DNA of 64,000 nucleotides from a virus: IMG/VR virus record IMGVR_UViG_3300037493_005727, positions 5,091 to 69,090 of that record; one strand, 5' to 3'. Shown piece by piece: positions 40,319 to 49,800 of this stretch (position 1 is its first letter; each line of letters starts with the position of its first letter). The notes under the pieces were generated by a model. It saw only the letters and a program-made list of their open reading frames with translations, ran no database searches and was not told where the DNA came from. The position numbers and the translations under genes were made by a program.

Positions 40319-40861
40319 CTATTCTTGCGCAGCACGATGGCGGCAGAGAGCTCCCGCAGCGGCGATGTGCCAATCTTTTTTAGCATTGGTGATCTGCTTG
40401 AGAGCCGGTGGGAGATCGGTCAGAGGTTTCTTGGTAGGGAGAAGCACGCACGTTTCGGCGAGGCTGGGCATGGCGGATTGACGACAAACCCATCGCTCAA
40501 CCGCCCGAATGATAGCGAGCTCCAACGCGGCTTCTGGTGGACACATCGGATGCGCCGTGACCAGAGCCCAGCTCACTGCCGTACTCCGAATGTGTTCATT
40601 CAAGGCAGGGTTGAGCACGGCAGGGACTTTGTCCCCGCGTCGATACAGAAAGGCAGTTCTACTTCGCCCGCGTAGGGTGTAGCTGAACTCCGGCTCCTCG
40701 ACGGAGGCCGCGTAGACAACGGCCGCTGCGATCAGTCTCTTACCTCGAAACAGATTAGCGGCTACTAGATAGCGGACGTTGTCCATTCGGCCTCCGTTTT
40801 GGAACGAGTACTTTCTTCCCGCACCCTGCGCAAGAGAGGCGCTGCCCAGGGGTTCCCACAC
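40319..40861 (-). CDS. hypothetical protein
   Basis: 180-aa ORF. Confidence 0.4.
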   Translation of the reverse strand: MWEPLGSASLAQGAGRKYSFQNGGRMDNVRYLVAANLFRGKRLIAAAVVYAASVEEPEFSYTLRGRSRTAFLYRRGDKVPAVLNPALNEHIRSTAVSWALVTAHPMCPPEAALELAIIRAVERWVCRQSAMPSLAETCVLLPTKKPLTDLPPALKQITNAKKDWHIAAAGALCRHRAAQE

Positions 40862-40912
40862 TACGACGCCCGCAGGGGCAGATGACTACTCTGGTCCCTG
40901 CGGGGCGCGGCA

Positions 40913-41164
40913 TCACAGAACTCCGTCCAACAGCTCCGAAACACTTTGACGATAGAACTCCGCCAAGCTACACAGGTGATCGACGTTGAGGAGGGACCTG
41001 CCTCCCTCGAGGGCGGTGTACTGACTTCGAGAGATGTTCAGGCCCTTCGCAACGTCATCCTGAGTTTTGCAGTGCTCCGCACGTAGCGCGCGGAGGTGCT
41101 CCAGCAGGTGAGTCTGCTTCTCAGGGTACCTTACCACTTTTCGCCTTGGTTGCATGTCGCTCAT
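40913..41164 (-). CDS. XRE-family helix-turn-helix transcriptional regulator
   Basis: LRALRAEHCKTQDDVAKGLNISRSQYTALEGGRSLLNVDHLCSLAEFY is a Cro/C1-type HTH. Confidence 0.6.
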   Translation of the reverse strand: MSDMQPRRKVVRYPEKQTHLLEHLRALRAEHCKTQDDVAKGLNISRSQYTALEGGRSLLNVDHLCSLAEFYRQSVSELLDGVL

Positions 41165-43349
41165 TCCAATGCGCGAACACGCGCTGGATCACTTCAAAAT
41201 CAAACACGTGATTGTTGAACCCCGTCGCATCAGCGACCAACTTCCCATACCCGCGATACGACTGCTGGTTAGGGAGAGGGACGTCCCTCGAGTTGCCGGT
41301 AAACACCCGGCTGTCGAGGATGGCGAGAACCCCCTTGTCGGTACTGGCTCGAATCAAACGCCCCGCCCCTTGGCGGAGCTCGGTGAGCATGTGCGGGATC
41401 TGAAGCCTTGAGAATACGGAACTCTGTGCAGTGGACACCGCTACGCCCTTCGCCACCTGCTCTGCTACCAGCTGTCGAGACCTCGCCTGAAGCACGGGAT
41501 CTGTAAGCGGCGGGAAAGGGAGCTTGGTGATGATGACGAGCTGAAGCTTCTGCCCCTGCACGTCAACGCCTTCCCAGAACGACTTCACGCCCATGAGAAC
41601 GCTGTTGGGCGTAGTCATGAAGGCGCGCAGGGTGGTGGCCGCGTCGTCTTCCTGGATGATGAGGGGCTGCGTGAGATCTTCCTCAAGCAAGCCCGCGTGG
41701 ACGTCCGTAAGATCTTGCTTGGACGTGAACAAGACGAAGGCGTTCCCGTTAGATGCCCGAATCAATCTCGCGCACTCATTCACCAGCGCGGAGATGTACC
41801 TCGGGCGCTCTGGGGCCGTTGCGCCCACAGGGACCGGGATGTGTCGTGGAGTGTAAAGAAGCGCCTGCTTGTCGTAGTTGAAGGGCGTCCCCAGCACGAG
41901 CTCATGGATCTGCTTGGGAACTTGCGGAGCGCCTTCCTCGTCGTTGTAGCTGGCCCAGTTGAGGCCCAGCTGGTACTTCGCGTCTTCGAACTTCCCACCG
42001 ATGGCCATGGTGGCGCTGGTGATGATGACCGATGGGATCATCTGGAGCTTCGGGCCCACCAGCTTGCCAACGGAGATCGGAGCAAGAGTGAGCTTCTTCA
42101 TACCCCTCTCGTTGGTGTTCACGTAGAGCACGGTGTTGTCGCCAGGCTCCACCGCCCTCAGGAGCGTTTGGTTCGTTCGCTCGAGATTCTTCTTCAGAGC
42201 AAGGACGGCCATCAGCCTGCTCTTGTCGTTCTCGTCCTTGAGCTTGCCGATGTCGAAGTCCGGCTTACTCGACCATCCGAGCGCCTCAGCTTCGTCCGCC
42301 GCGGCCTTGAAGAGCTCCGCGACGATTTCATTGGTCTCGTGGCCCGGCATGCCGAAGGGGTCTTTCGGAATCTCTCCTTCAGAGCTCGCCAACTGGTCGA
42401 ACATGCCCTTCCAAGCATCTCGAAGAGCGATGTCCATTCCCCCCGCGATACCAGCGGAGTCGATTTGACGAAGTAGACGAGACGCTCCTCCCTGAGAAAT
42501 AGCGTTGGAGAACGCGGCACGAAAAGAAGACGGAGCCTGGTGTGCCTCATCCAAGATCAACGTCGTGTAGGGTCCGATGACCGTACACGGGCCGAACCGT
42601 AGATCAAAGGCCACGACGTGATGATTGGTGACGACGATGCTCGCTGTCGCAGCATTCGTCTTGGCCTTCCAGAAGCCGCAGGAGACACCGTCAGCGTACT
42701 TGCAGCTTTTCCCGATGCAGTCCTCAGCGGTCACGTCGAAGAGGTACGCCGGGCGCTTCCCCGCGAAGTCAGACAGATCTTCGTTGGGGTTATTGGCGAG
42801 CCACGCCATGAACTCTGCGCGCTCTCGCGCCTCGAGCGTGGTGTCCGCCTTGAGGCGGCAGGCGTAGTTGCTCTTGCCCTTGAGCAAGGCCACTGAGATA
42901 CGCCCCGCGCCTTCCCCGTGTCGAGTGCGGAGAAACGGAAGGTCCTTCTCCGCGATTTGGTGCTGCAGATTCTTCTTGGCCGTTGAGATGACGATGCGGG
43001 GCTTAAGAACCTTGAGCTCGGCCACTTTACTGGGTAACGTCCCCTTGTAGTTCTTCAGGTTGTACCCGGAGTCCGGAGACGCCGTGATGACCGCGGAGAC
43101 GCCGTACGCGTCGGACTTGCCCGAACCTACCGGGGCTTCGATGAAAGCAATCGCGTGTTCCCGGATGGCTTGCTCGACCAGCCGCCCCATCTGAACCTGG
43201 CCGACACGAACATCGCGCCCAGGTGCGCCGTGTTGACGCAAAAGAAAATCGTCTGACTCGAAGATGAACACCTTCCCACAAGCGTTGCACTGCTTGTTCG
43301 CAGGAGCGTCGCTGACCGTCACATTGAAGCCACATCCATTGCAGCGCAT
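41121..43349 (-). CDS. DinG/XPD (Rad3)-family ATP-dependent helicase with N-terminal zinc ribbon
   Basis: Walker A EAPVGSGKS, DEAH box (LILDEAHQ), C-terminal VLFTSKQDL and QGAGRLIRASTDKGVLAILDSRV (motif VI). Confidence 0.7.
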   Translation of the reverse strand: MRCNGCGFNVTVSDAPANKQCNACGKVFIFESDDFLLRQHGAPGRDVRVGQVQMGRLVEQAIREHAIAFIEAPVGSGKSDAYGVSAVITASPDSGYNLKNYKGTLPSKVAELKVLKPRIVISTAKKNLQHQIAEKDLPFLRTRHGEGAGRISVALLKGKSNYACRLKADTTLEARERAEFMAWLANNPNEDLSDFAGKRPAYLFDVTAEDCIGKSCKYADGVSCGFWKAKTNAATASIVVTNHHVVAFDLRFGPCTVIGPYTTLILDEAHQAPSSFRAAFSNAISQGGASRLLRQIDSAGIAGGMDIALRDAWKGMFDQLASSEGEIPKDPFGMPGHETNEIVAELFKAAADEAEALGWSSKPDFDIGKLKDENDKSRLMAVLALKKNLERTNQTLLRAVEPGDNTVLYVNTNERGMKKLTLAPISVGKLVGPKLQMIPSVIITSATMAIGGKFEDAKYQLGLNWASYNDEEGAPQVPKQIHELVLGTPFNYDKQALLYTPRHIPVPVGATAPERPRYISALVNECARLIRASNGNAFVLFTSKQDLTDVHAGLLEEDLTQPLIIQEDDAATTLRAFMTTPNSVLMGVKSFWEGVDVQGQKLQLVIITKLPFPPLTDPVLQARSRQLVAEQVAKGVAVSTAQSSVFSRLQIPHMLTELRQGAGRLIRASTDKGVLAILDSRVFTGNSRDVPLPNQQSYRGYGKLVADATGFNNHVFDFEVIQRVFAHWNERHATKAKSGKVP

Positions 43350-43455
43350 TGCTGTTTCCTTTCCGCGAGGTTCGCGGTATACCGCACAAGGTTTATCTGG
43401 GCAACATTAGGTTTCCCTCCTTGTACCAAGAAGTCATTCCCCTTTAGGAGCCCGC

Positions 43456-44043
43456 ATGGCACGACCGACCATTGGTGATTTCCGCGGCGTAGAGCAGAAC
43501 AAGCCCCGTCCTCCCCCGGCCCCGGAGCAAACCACCGAGGAGAAGGAGGAGACCGCGAAAGACGAAGCTGTAGTCAGTGCCGAGGCGATGGTCGCGGATC
43601 TCGAATTCCTCACCCCGGTAGAGCGGTATCGTGCGCGCCTCAAGGAGATGAAGATCGATCTCAAAGACGCTGAGCACATCTACGACGCCGTGCTTGCGAA
43701 CGGGTTCTACGAGGAATACGTGAGGCTTCGCGGAAACCGCCGAGCGGTGTTCCGTACGCGCTCCTACGAGGATCACCTCCGCCTTCAGACGATCCTCGAG
43801 CTACAGAGGCCGCAGCTGGCGATCAGCCAGGACGAGCTCATCACGCGCTACAACCTGGCGGCCTCTCTTTTCGAGTGGGACGGGAAGCCGTTGAAGCACG
43901 GGACGGATGAGGACTTCGATGCTGTGCTCGCGCTGATCCGAAAATTCCCCGGGCCTGTCTTCTCAGTGCTCGCCCGAGAACTCTCAAAGTTCGACGCCAA
44001 GGTCATGGCGGTGTTCGACGAGGGCGCTGACGAAAATTTCTAA
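43456..44043 (+). CDS. hypothetical protein
   Basis: AGGAG RBS 6 nt before ATG; 195 aa. Confidence 0.5.
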   Translation: MARPTIGDFRGVEQNKPRPPPAPEQTTEEKEETAKDEAVVSAEAMVADLEFLTPVERYRARLKEMKIDLKDAEHIYDAVLANGFYEEYVRLRGNRRAVFRTRSYEDHLRLQTILELQRPQLAISQDELITRYNLAASLFEWDGKPLKHGTDEDFDAVLALIRKFPGPVFSVLARELSKFDAKVMAVFDEGADENF

Positions 44044-44093
44044 CCGCCCCGCGGAGCAACGCACGGGCGCACGCCTTCGCCCGAGGAGTCGCC

Positions 44094-44438
44094 TTGCCTC
44101 CGCGGGGCTCCGCCCAAGACCGCGTCCTCGAGAAAATCCACCACCGTACCCGGGCAGAACGCTACGCCTCGGTCGCCTTGTTTGCCCGGATTCTCGGTAG
44201 CGGGCTGGGGATGCGTAACGACTCCATTGAGGCTATGCTAAACGCCTACAAGGACGAGCTTACCCAGGTCAACTACACCCCAGAGTTCGTGGCCTCAATG
44301 AGGCGCCGCACGAAAGCCGTGATCAAGCAGAAGAACAAGAACAAACTGAGTGACGACGCCCTGTTGAAAAAGCTGGAAGGGTTGACCGCTTCAGAGGAAA
44401 CAACACTCCCCAAGAAGGTGGGTGCGAGGAGGCGGTAA
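44094..44438 (+). CDS. hypothetical protein
   Basis: 114-aa ORF (possible internal start MRNDSIEAM). Confidence 0.4.
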   Translation: MPPRGSAQDRVLEKIHHRTRAERYASVALFARILGSGLGMRNDSIEAMLNAYKDELTQVNYTPEFVASMRRRTKAVIKQKNKNKLSDDALLKKLEGLTASEETTLPKKVGARRR

Positions 44439-44441
44439 TCC

Positions 44442-47400
44442 ATGGCGGACGACGGGTCATCCAATTCGATGCAAGCGCAGCTTGGGCTCGTCGGAGGATC
44501 CGGCGGGTTCAACCCTTTGGGAATTGCGACCCCCGCCCCGCCAGCCCCGCCCTCCGTACGGCATCCCGGCGACATCTCCTCCGACATCGTCCGCCAGACA
44601 CAAACGGCGATGGCCACCACGCTGCAAACAACCTCCGCCATGCGCCTCGGCGGGATGGGAGGCGTGGCGTTCGGAGGCGGTGGCGGTCCCGGCATTAGCC
44701 CGGTGGGTGCCTTCGCGCAGCAGTACCAGCAGAACATGATGGGCATCAACCAGCAGCACATCGGCGCGTTCTCCGCTCAAATGATGGGGCAGATGGGCGG
44801 AATGGGCAGCGGCTTCAACATGGGGATGATGCCTCACCCTGCGATGATGACGGCACCGGGGATGGGAATCTACCGCCCCTTCCATCCTCCGCCGGGGCCC
44901 ACGGTTTCGCCCTTCCCGCAGATGCCGACGATCCCGACGCCGTTTACCCCAGTGCCTCCGCCGCCCCAGTTCCAGACTCCGATGGAGCTCTCGAACAACA
45001 TGGCGATCCAGGCCGGACAGCGGCGAACGGCCGCGGCGTTCGCGGCGCCTGGCGTCATGGCGCGTGCCGGGGCAGACGTGGGCTTCGGCTACATGGGTGC
45101 GGGTGTTGGCGCTGCCTTGGGAGCTCGCTTCGGGCCCATGGGGGCTGCGATCGGCGGGACGCTGGGAATGGCCGCCGGAGCTTTTGGCTCTGAGCACTTT
45201 GGCCTCGGCGCCACTGCGCAACACATCGTGGATCGGGCGAACCCTTTCCGGACGATGGCGATCCGCGGACAGCAGATGATGGGCGCGTCGCAGAACTTCG
45301 TCCACGGCGGCCCTGATTTGAACATGATGACGGGGCAGGGACTCAGTGCGCACGGAGCAACGCACCTCGGGCGAAAGCTCGAAGAGACCGCCTACAGCAG
45401 CAGGTTCCGCCGGGAAACGGGCGGAGCCTTCTCGGCGCAAGACCTCACTAAGATCACCAGCGTCGCTGGGCAGCAGGGGCTGTTGAATGACGCCCAGTCG
45501 GTCGATCAAATCCACGACCGTGTGAAAGGAATCGCCAAGTCTCTGGTCAGCTTCATGAAGATTGCCAACGAGCCCAATGTCGTTGAAGCACTGAAGTCCA
45601 TGGGCAAGGCGCGGCAAATGGGTCTGTCCATCGGCGAGACAATGGACATGGCGATGGAAGCCCGGATGTACTCCAGGATGGCGGGAACCAGCGTCAAGGG
45701 GATCATGGAGACGGGCGGGGCTCAAGGCGCGATGATGTTCCAGCAGCAGGGGCTCTCCGCCGGGCTCGGAATGCGCGTCGGAATGGGTGCCATGGGTACC
45801 GCCCAATCGGCGGTAGGGAGCGGCGCCTTCACACCGCAGCGCCTAGCCATGCTTGGCGGCGTTCAGGGCGTAGCTCAGCATGAAATGGAAAGCGCCGCCG
45901 CTTTCCTCAAGCAGCCGATGATGGCCGCGGCCGTGTCCACCATGGGACAGGGCGGAACGTTCAAGCTCGACGCGGGAGCGATCAAAGGGGTGATGTCCGG
46001 GAAGATGGACGTCAACCAGATGGCATCTAAAGGCGTCGACAACATCTTGTCCGCGGTAGGGCAGCACGGGCGTGGTGCTTTGGCGATGGCCTCGCTGCAA
46101 AGCACGGAGATCTCAGACTCTCTCGGGCGAGTAATGGGCCCTAAGGGGATTGAGCTCGCGCAGATGAATCAGATTTCCGCCATGCGGAAATTCCTGGGCG
46201 GAGACAAGACACCTGGAGGATTTGTAGAAGCTGCGAAGGCTCGCGGGATGACCGACGACCAGATCAAAGTATTCATGGATAAGGCGAACAGCCCGGGGTA
46301 CTTTGAAGATCAAAAACGCCATCTTCAAATTCGCCGCCAAGAGGTTCGCGGGATGGAGGCCGCGGAAATCAAGAGAAACACCCCCGGCTTCATGGGGCGG
46401 ATGCTCGGAGACACCGACGTCGGACGGGCTTCGCGCTACTCAATGACCGCCCTTCGGGATGTCGGCGAAGGCGCGGTCAACTTCTTCCATGACCTATCAG
46501 AAGGCATGGGCGGATCAGACTCAGGACAATTTACTGAGAGGACGGATCGAAGACTGATCATGTCCAACGAGGAGATTCGCCGAGCGCAGCACGAGAAGAC
46601 CTATGGCGAAGGAGGCAATTTCGCCCTGCGAGGCCCCTCTACGGGCCGTGCGATTTCCGACTCCGTTCTCGGACACCGTGAGACCACGCGGCAGTACTAC
46701 GCCAACAAAGGTGGCGTCCTTGGCGGTCTTTTTGGCGGACAGGGAGGGGGCAGCGCGTTCGTTGGGGACCTGATGGCCGTCGGAGCGCGGCTCGGGTTCG
46801 GCCAGTTGATGGCGACTCCGGAAGAAATGGAGGCGTCCGTCAAGGCGCAAGGGGAGATGGACAAAACCCTTCAAAGAGGCAGCGGCATGACTGCGGAGGA
46901 TCGAGCCGCCGGGTTGTCCAAGCTGGGTAGCAAGGGAGCGGACATCGTCACCGACCTCGAGTCTCGCATGGTGGCGCTCGCAGACGAAGAAAAAGCGACA
47001 CTGTACGGTGAAGGCGGCGAAGTAGACCCTGCCAAATTTCGACAAGCGGCCAAGGAGGCAATCGAAGCCAAGGGCGGGGTCGCAACAGAGGAAGCGATCA
47101 ACGAGGCGCTGGCGCAGGGGACTTCTGGGGCGATGTCGCGGACGAAGAACAAAAAAGCATTCCGCGGAACGGAGGTCTACTCCGCGAAACAGCAGAAGCA
47201 GTACAAGGAGGACATGGCAGATCTTCAGACGAACGCCGTAGACAGTGTTCTCGGAGATACTGCGTGGTTCGGCAAAGAAGATCGACAGAAATTCGTCGAG
47301 GACCTGTTTTCTGGGGATACTGGTGACAAGTCCGGAACCTACGCGGCGCTACGCGCGGCGGGCGACGCGGGGGACCCGAAGGCCAAGGAGGCAGCGGACA

Positions 47401-48068
47401 AACTCCAAAATGAGCTACAGGGGACGCCGGAAGGTCAAGAGATTTTGGCGGAAGGGCGCAGGCGGCTGGAAAAGGCGGATTCTACCGACAACATCGAGAA
47501 CCTCCGAAAAGTTGGGCGTAAGCTCCAAGAAACGTCGAAGGGGGATACCGGCGCTGCCGTCGCAGAGGCAGGGAAAGTGTCTAAAGGCATCCGTTCGGTC
47601 AAGGAGCACGACAAGAGAAACGAAGGTCTCGCACTCCTCCTCAAAAAGGAGTCGGCGGAATTCGGAAACAAGTCGTCAAGCGCGATCATGTCAGAGCTCG
47701 CCGCGTCCGACACGAGCAACCTCTCGGAGGACGTCCAGGCGCTGGTCAATGAGTGGAAAGCGGAAACCGATCCAGGCAAGAAAGATGAGATTGCCTCCAG
47801 GTTGAATCAGATGGGTTTCGACGCAGGGACGCAGGCGGAGACCAGGAAAAAAGGCGGGGGTTACTCGTCTGTTGAGAAGGCCTGGGACACAATGATGGGT
47901 AACGTCACGGACACTCAAGAAGAGATGTCCGGGATGTTCCCTGAGTCCGTGAAGACGTTTGATGAAGCGTCCAAGGCGATGCTGAAAGCAGCCGACAAGA
48001 TCAACGGAACATCGCGCCCCTTGCTGCCTAACGGAAACGTCGGTACTGAACCTGGAGGATTCGGATAA
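44442..48068 (+). CDS. tape-measure-like / large tail-assembly protein (Gly/Met-rich N-terminus, long helical region)
   Basis: 1208 aa, first gene of the tail/baseplate block. Composition and size are typical of tape-measure proteins. Antisense ORF 44457..45806 rejected. Confidence 0.45.
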   Translation: MADDGSSNSMQAQLGLVGGSGGFNPLGIATPAPPAPPSVRHPGDISSDIVRQTQTAMATTLQTTSAMRLGGMGGVAFGGGGGPGISPVGAFAQQYQQNMMGINQQHIGAFSAQMMGQMGGMGSGFNMGMMPHPAMMTAPGMGIYRPFHPPPGPTVSPFPQMPTIPTPFTPVPPPPQFQTPMELSNNMAIQAGQRRTAAAFAAPGVMARAGADVGFGYMGAGVGAALGARFGPMGAAIGGTLGMAAGAFGSEHFGLGATAQHIVDRANPFRTMAIRGQQMMGASQNFVHGGPDLNMMTGQGLSAHGATHLGRKLEETAYSSRFRRETGGAFSAQDLTKITSVAGQQGLLNDAQSVDQIHDRVKGIAKSLVSFMKIANEPNVVEALKSMGKARQMGLSIGETMDMAMEARMYSRMAGTSVKGIMETGGAQGAMMFQQQGLSAGLGMRVGMGAMGTAQSAVGSGAFTPQRLAMLGGVQGVAQHEMESAAAFLKQPMMAAAVSTMGQGGTFKLDAGAIKGVMSGKMDVNQMASKGVDNILSAVGQHGRGALAMASLQSTEISDSLGRVMGPKGIELAQMNQISAMRKFLGGDKTPGGFVEAAKARGMTDDQIKVFMDKANSPGYFEDQKRHLQIRRQEVRGMEAAEIKRNTPGFMGRMLGDTDVGRASRYSMTALRDVGEGAVNFFHDLSEGMGGSDSGQFTERTDRRLIMSNEEIRRAQHEKTYGEGGNFALRGPSTGRAISDSVLGHRETTRQYYANKGGVLGGLFGGQGGGSAFVGDLMAVGARLGFGQLMATPEEMEASVKAQGEMDKTLQRGSGMTAEDRAAGLSKLGSKGADIVTDLESRMVALADEEKATLYGEGGEVDPAKFRQAAKEAIEAKGGVATEEAINEALAQGTSGAMSRTKNKKAFRGTEVYSAKQQKQYKEDMADLQTNAVDSVLGDTAWFGKEDRQKFVEDLFSGDTGDKSGTYAALRAAGDAGDPKAKEAADKLQNELQGTPEGQEILAEGRRRLEKADSTDNIENLRKVGRKLQETSKGDTGAAVAEAGKVSKGIRSVKEHDKRNEGLALLLKKESAEFGNKSSSAIMSELAASDTSNLSEDVQALVNEWKAETDPGKKDEIASRLNQMGFDAGTQAETRKKGGGYSSVEKAWDTMMGNVTDTQEEMSGMFPESVKTFDEASKAMLKAADKINGTSRPLLPNGNVGTEPGGFG

Positions 48069-48283
48069 TGGCCACCAAAGAACAGATCCAGCTCATCATC
48101 CCCACGGCGGTCAACACTCTGTGCGCCATCAACGAGACCCTCATCTCGAGGAAAAAGGCGAGGCTTCCCACCGACATCACGCTTCCCAGTCTCCGCCGAC
48201 GAGCGCTCCTCATCGTCAATGAGGTGGGCGTGCTCCCCATCCAAACGACCGTCGTTTCCACTGACTCCGACTTCAACAGGTAG
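48068..48283 (+). CDS. small tail-module protein
   Basis: 71 aa; ATGA overlap with the TMP gene. Confidence 0.4.
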   Translation: MATKEQIQLIIPTAVNTLCAINETLISRKKARLPTDITLPSLRRRALLIVNEVGVLPIQTTVVSTDSDFNR

Positions 48284-48285
48284 CC

Positions 48286-49287
48286 ATGGCGAATACGATC
48301 CCTGATTCTGAAGTATGGACGATCAACGGTACAGATCGGACGGGCGGGCTCGCCTCCAAGGAGGATGTTACCGCAGCGAGTAAAAGCAATGCCGCGGCCC
48401 CAAGACCCCCTCGAGGAATCTTCGCCGCCTTCCCTGGGGCGACGCCCAAGTACGCAAGGAACCTCGGGGAGGAGGAGCACGACTTCCGCGAGACGATGGC
48501 GCGGATGTTCATGCGGGTCCCGAAGTACGAAGACTTCCTGAAAGAGTACGACCAAAATCCGGAGATGAAGCAGATCGCCGCTGTCCTCGGCGGGCAAGCG
48601 ACTGATGGCGGCGGCACCATCGGTGGTGCAGGGTACGTGGACTTCCTCCTCCAAGGCGTCCAGCATTCCTTCCAGGAGAAGATGCAGGTCGTTGAAGTCC
48701 TGGCGGACGATCACGTCGCCTACTTCTTCGGGTCCTCCGCTTCTGTTTTTGCGTATAGCGGAACACTGATCAATACTAAGCAAGACGACCAAGCGCTCAA
48801 CATGCTGCGGCTGTACGCGGAGTTCGGTCGCGGAAGCAAGCTAGCGTCACGCAATACCCTGATCAGCCTTCGCTACGACGGAATCTTCGTGTCCGGCGTC
48901 ATGACGAACTTCACCTATTCCCTCTCAGCTGAAACGGAGATGGCCGTCCCGTTCAGCTTCAACTTGTTGGTCAAGAAGCTCCAAGTACTGCCCAACCCCT
49001 ACAGCGGACTAGTCACTCTCAGTCCCCCGCTCGCTGCGACGGCGGACGGGTATACTCCCTTCGCGGTGTCGACTACGGATCCTGGGTCACCGCTTGCAGC
49101 TCCCACTGCGACCCCCGGAGGACAGACACTCTCCGATATTGCTCCCGCGGCCACAGAGAAAACGACCGCGGAGCTCGAGGGGGCGGAGGCCGAACAGAGT
49201 CTGTCCGCGATCGAAAAGATGAGCCTCAAGACGTTCGTCAAGACATTTTCAAGCCCCGAAACAGCAGCCTCCTTTGTGAATAGCTAG
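48286..49287 (+). CDS. putative tail/baseplate assembly protein
   Basis: 333 aa; position between TMP and hub-like gene. Confidence 0.45.
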   Translation: MANTIPDSEVWTINGTDRTGGLASKEDVTAASKSNAAAPRPPRGIFAAFPGATPKYARNLGEEEHDFRETMARMFMRVPKYEDFLKEYDQNPEMKQIAAVLGGQATDGGGTIGGAGYVDFLLQGVQHSFQEKMQVVEVLADDHVAYFFGSSASVFAYSGTLINTKQDDQALNMLRLYAEFGRGSKLASRNTLISLRYDGIFVSGVMTNFTYSLSAETEMAVPFSFNLLVKKLQVLPNPYSGLVTLSPPLAATADGYTPFAVSTTDPGSPLAAPTATPGGQTLSDIAPAATEKTTAELEGAEAEQSLSAIEKMSLKTFVKTFSSPETAASFVNS

Positions 49288-49290
49288 CCT

Positions 49291-49800
49291 ATGGCCACGA
49301 TCATCTTCCCTGGTGTCGGTACTTCCCTCGGCAAGTTCACCGTGGACGGCGTAGTCATCGCGACGCCGTTGCTTCCTGGCGAGAAGCGGATGTACTCCCC
49401 GTTCCCCTACTCCACCTTGGAGATGTGGCGCCGCACCGCCCTCTCCGCGACGTCCACTCTCTTCGAGCTCCCGACCCAGTGCCGCACGACTCTCTTGTTC
49501 GCCCACGAGGTGGACATGCAAACAGTCTTCCTAGAGCTCACGCGAGTCGACCCGAAGTTCCTCGCCGGGAAGTACGATTTCAAAAAAAAGGCGGTTCTCG
49601 CGGACAGCGAGATGTCTACCGCGAGAGAAAGCAAGGCGCTGGCATTCAAAGAGCTCGCCCAGCAGCGTGTCCCCGAGCAGTACGTCGAGCTCATCCAGCA
49701 GCGAGTTGAGAGCTCTGCTTTCAACCATAGGGTGACAGGCATGTGCGCCGCGGTGTACATGACCGCGATCCTCCTCGAAGAAGCTGAGGCTATCGCGTGA
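49291..49800 (+). CDS. hypothetical tail-module protein
   Basis: 169 aa. Confidence 0.45.
   Translation: MATIIFPGVGTSLGKFTVDGVVIATPLLPGEKRMYSPFPYSTLEMWRRTALSATSTLFELPTQCRTTLLFAHEVDMQTVFLELTRVDPKFLAGKYDFKKKAVLADSEMSTARESKALAFKELAQQRVPEQYVELIQQRVESSAFNHRVTGMCAAVYMTAILLEEAEAIA

Noticed and set aside
44457-45806. 449-aa minus-strand ORF
   Set aside because: Antisense of the tape-measure-like gene. His/Arg-rich low-complexity.
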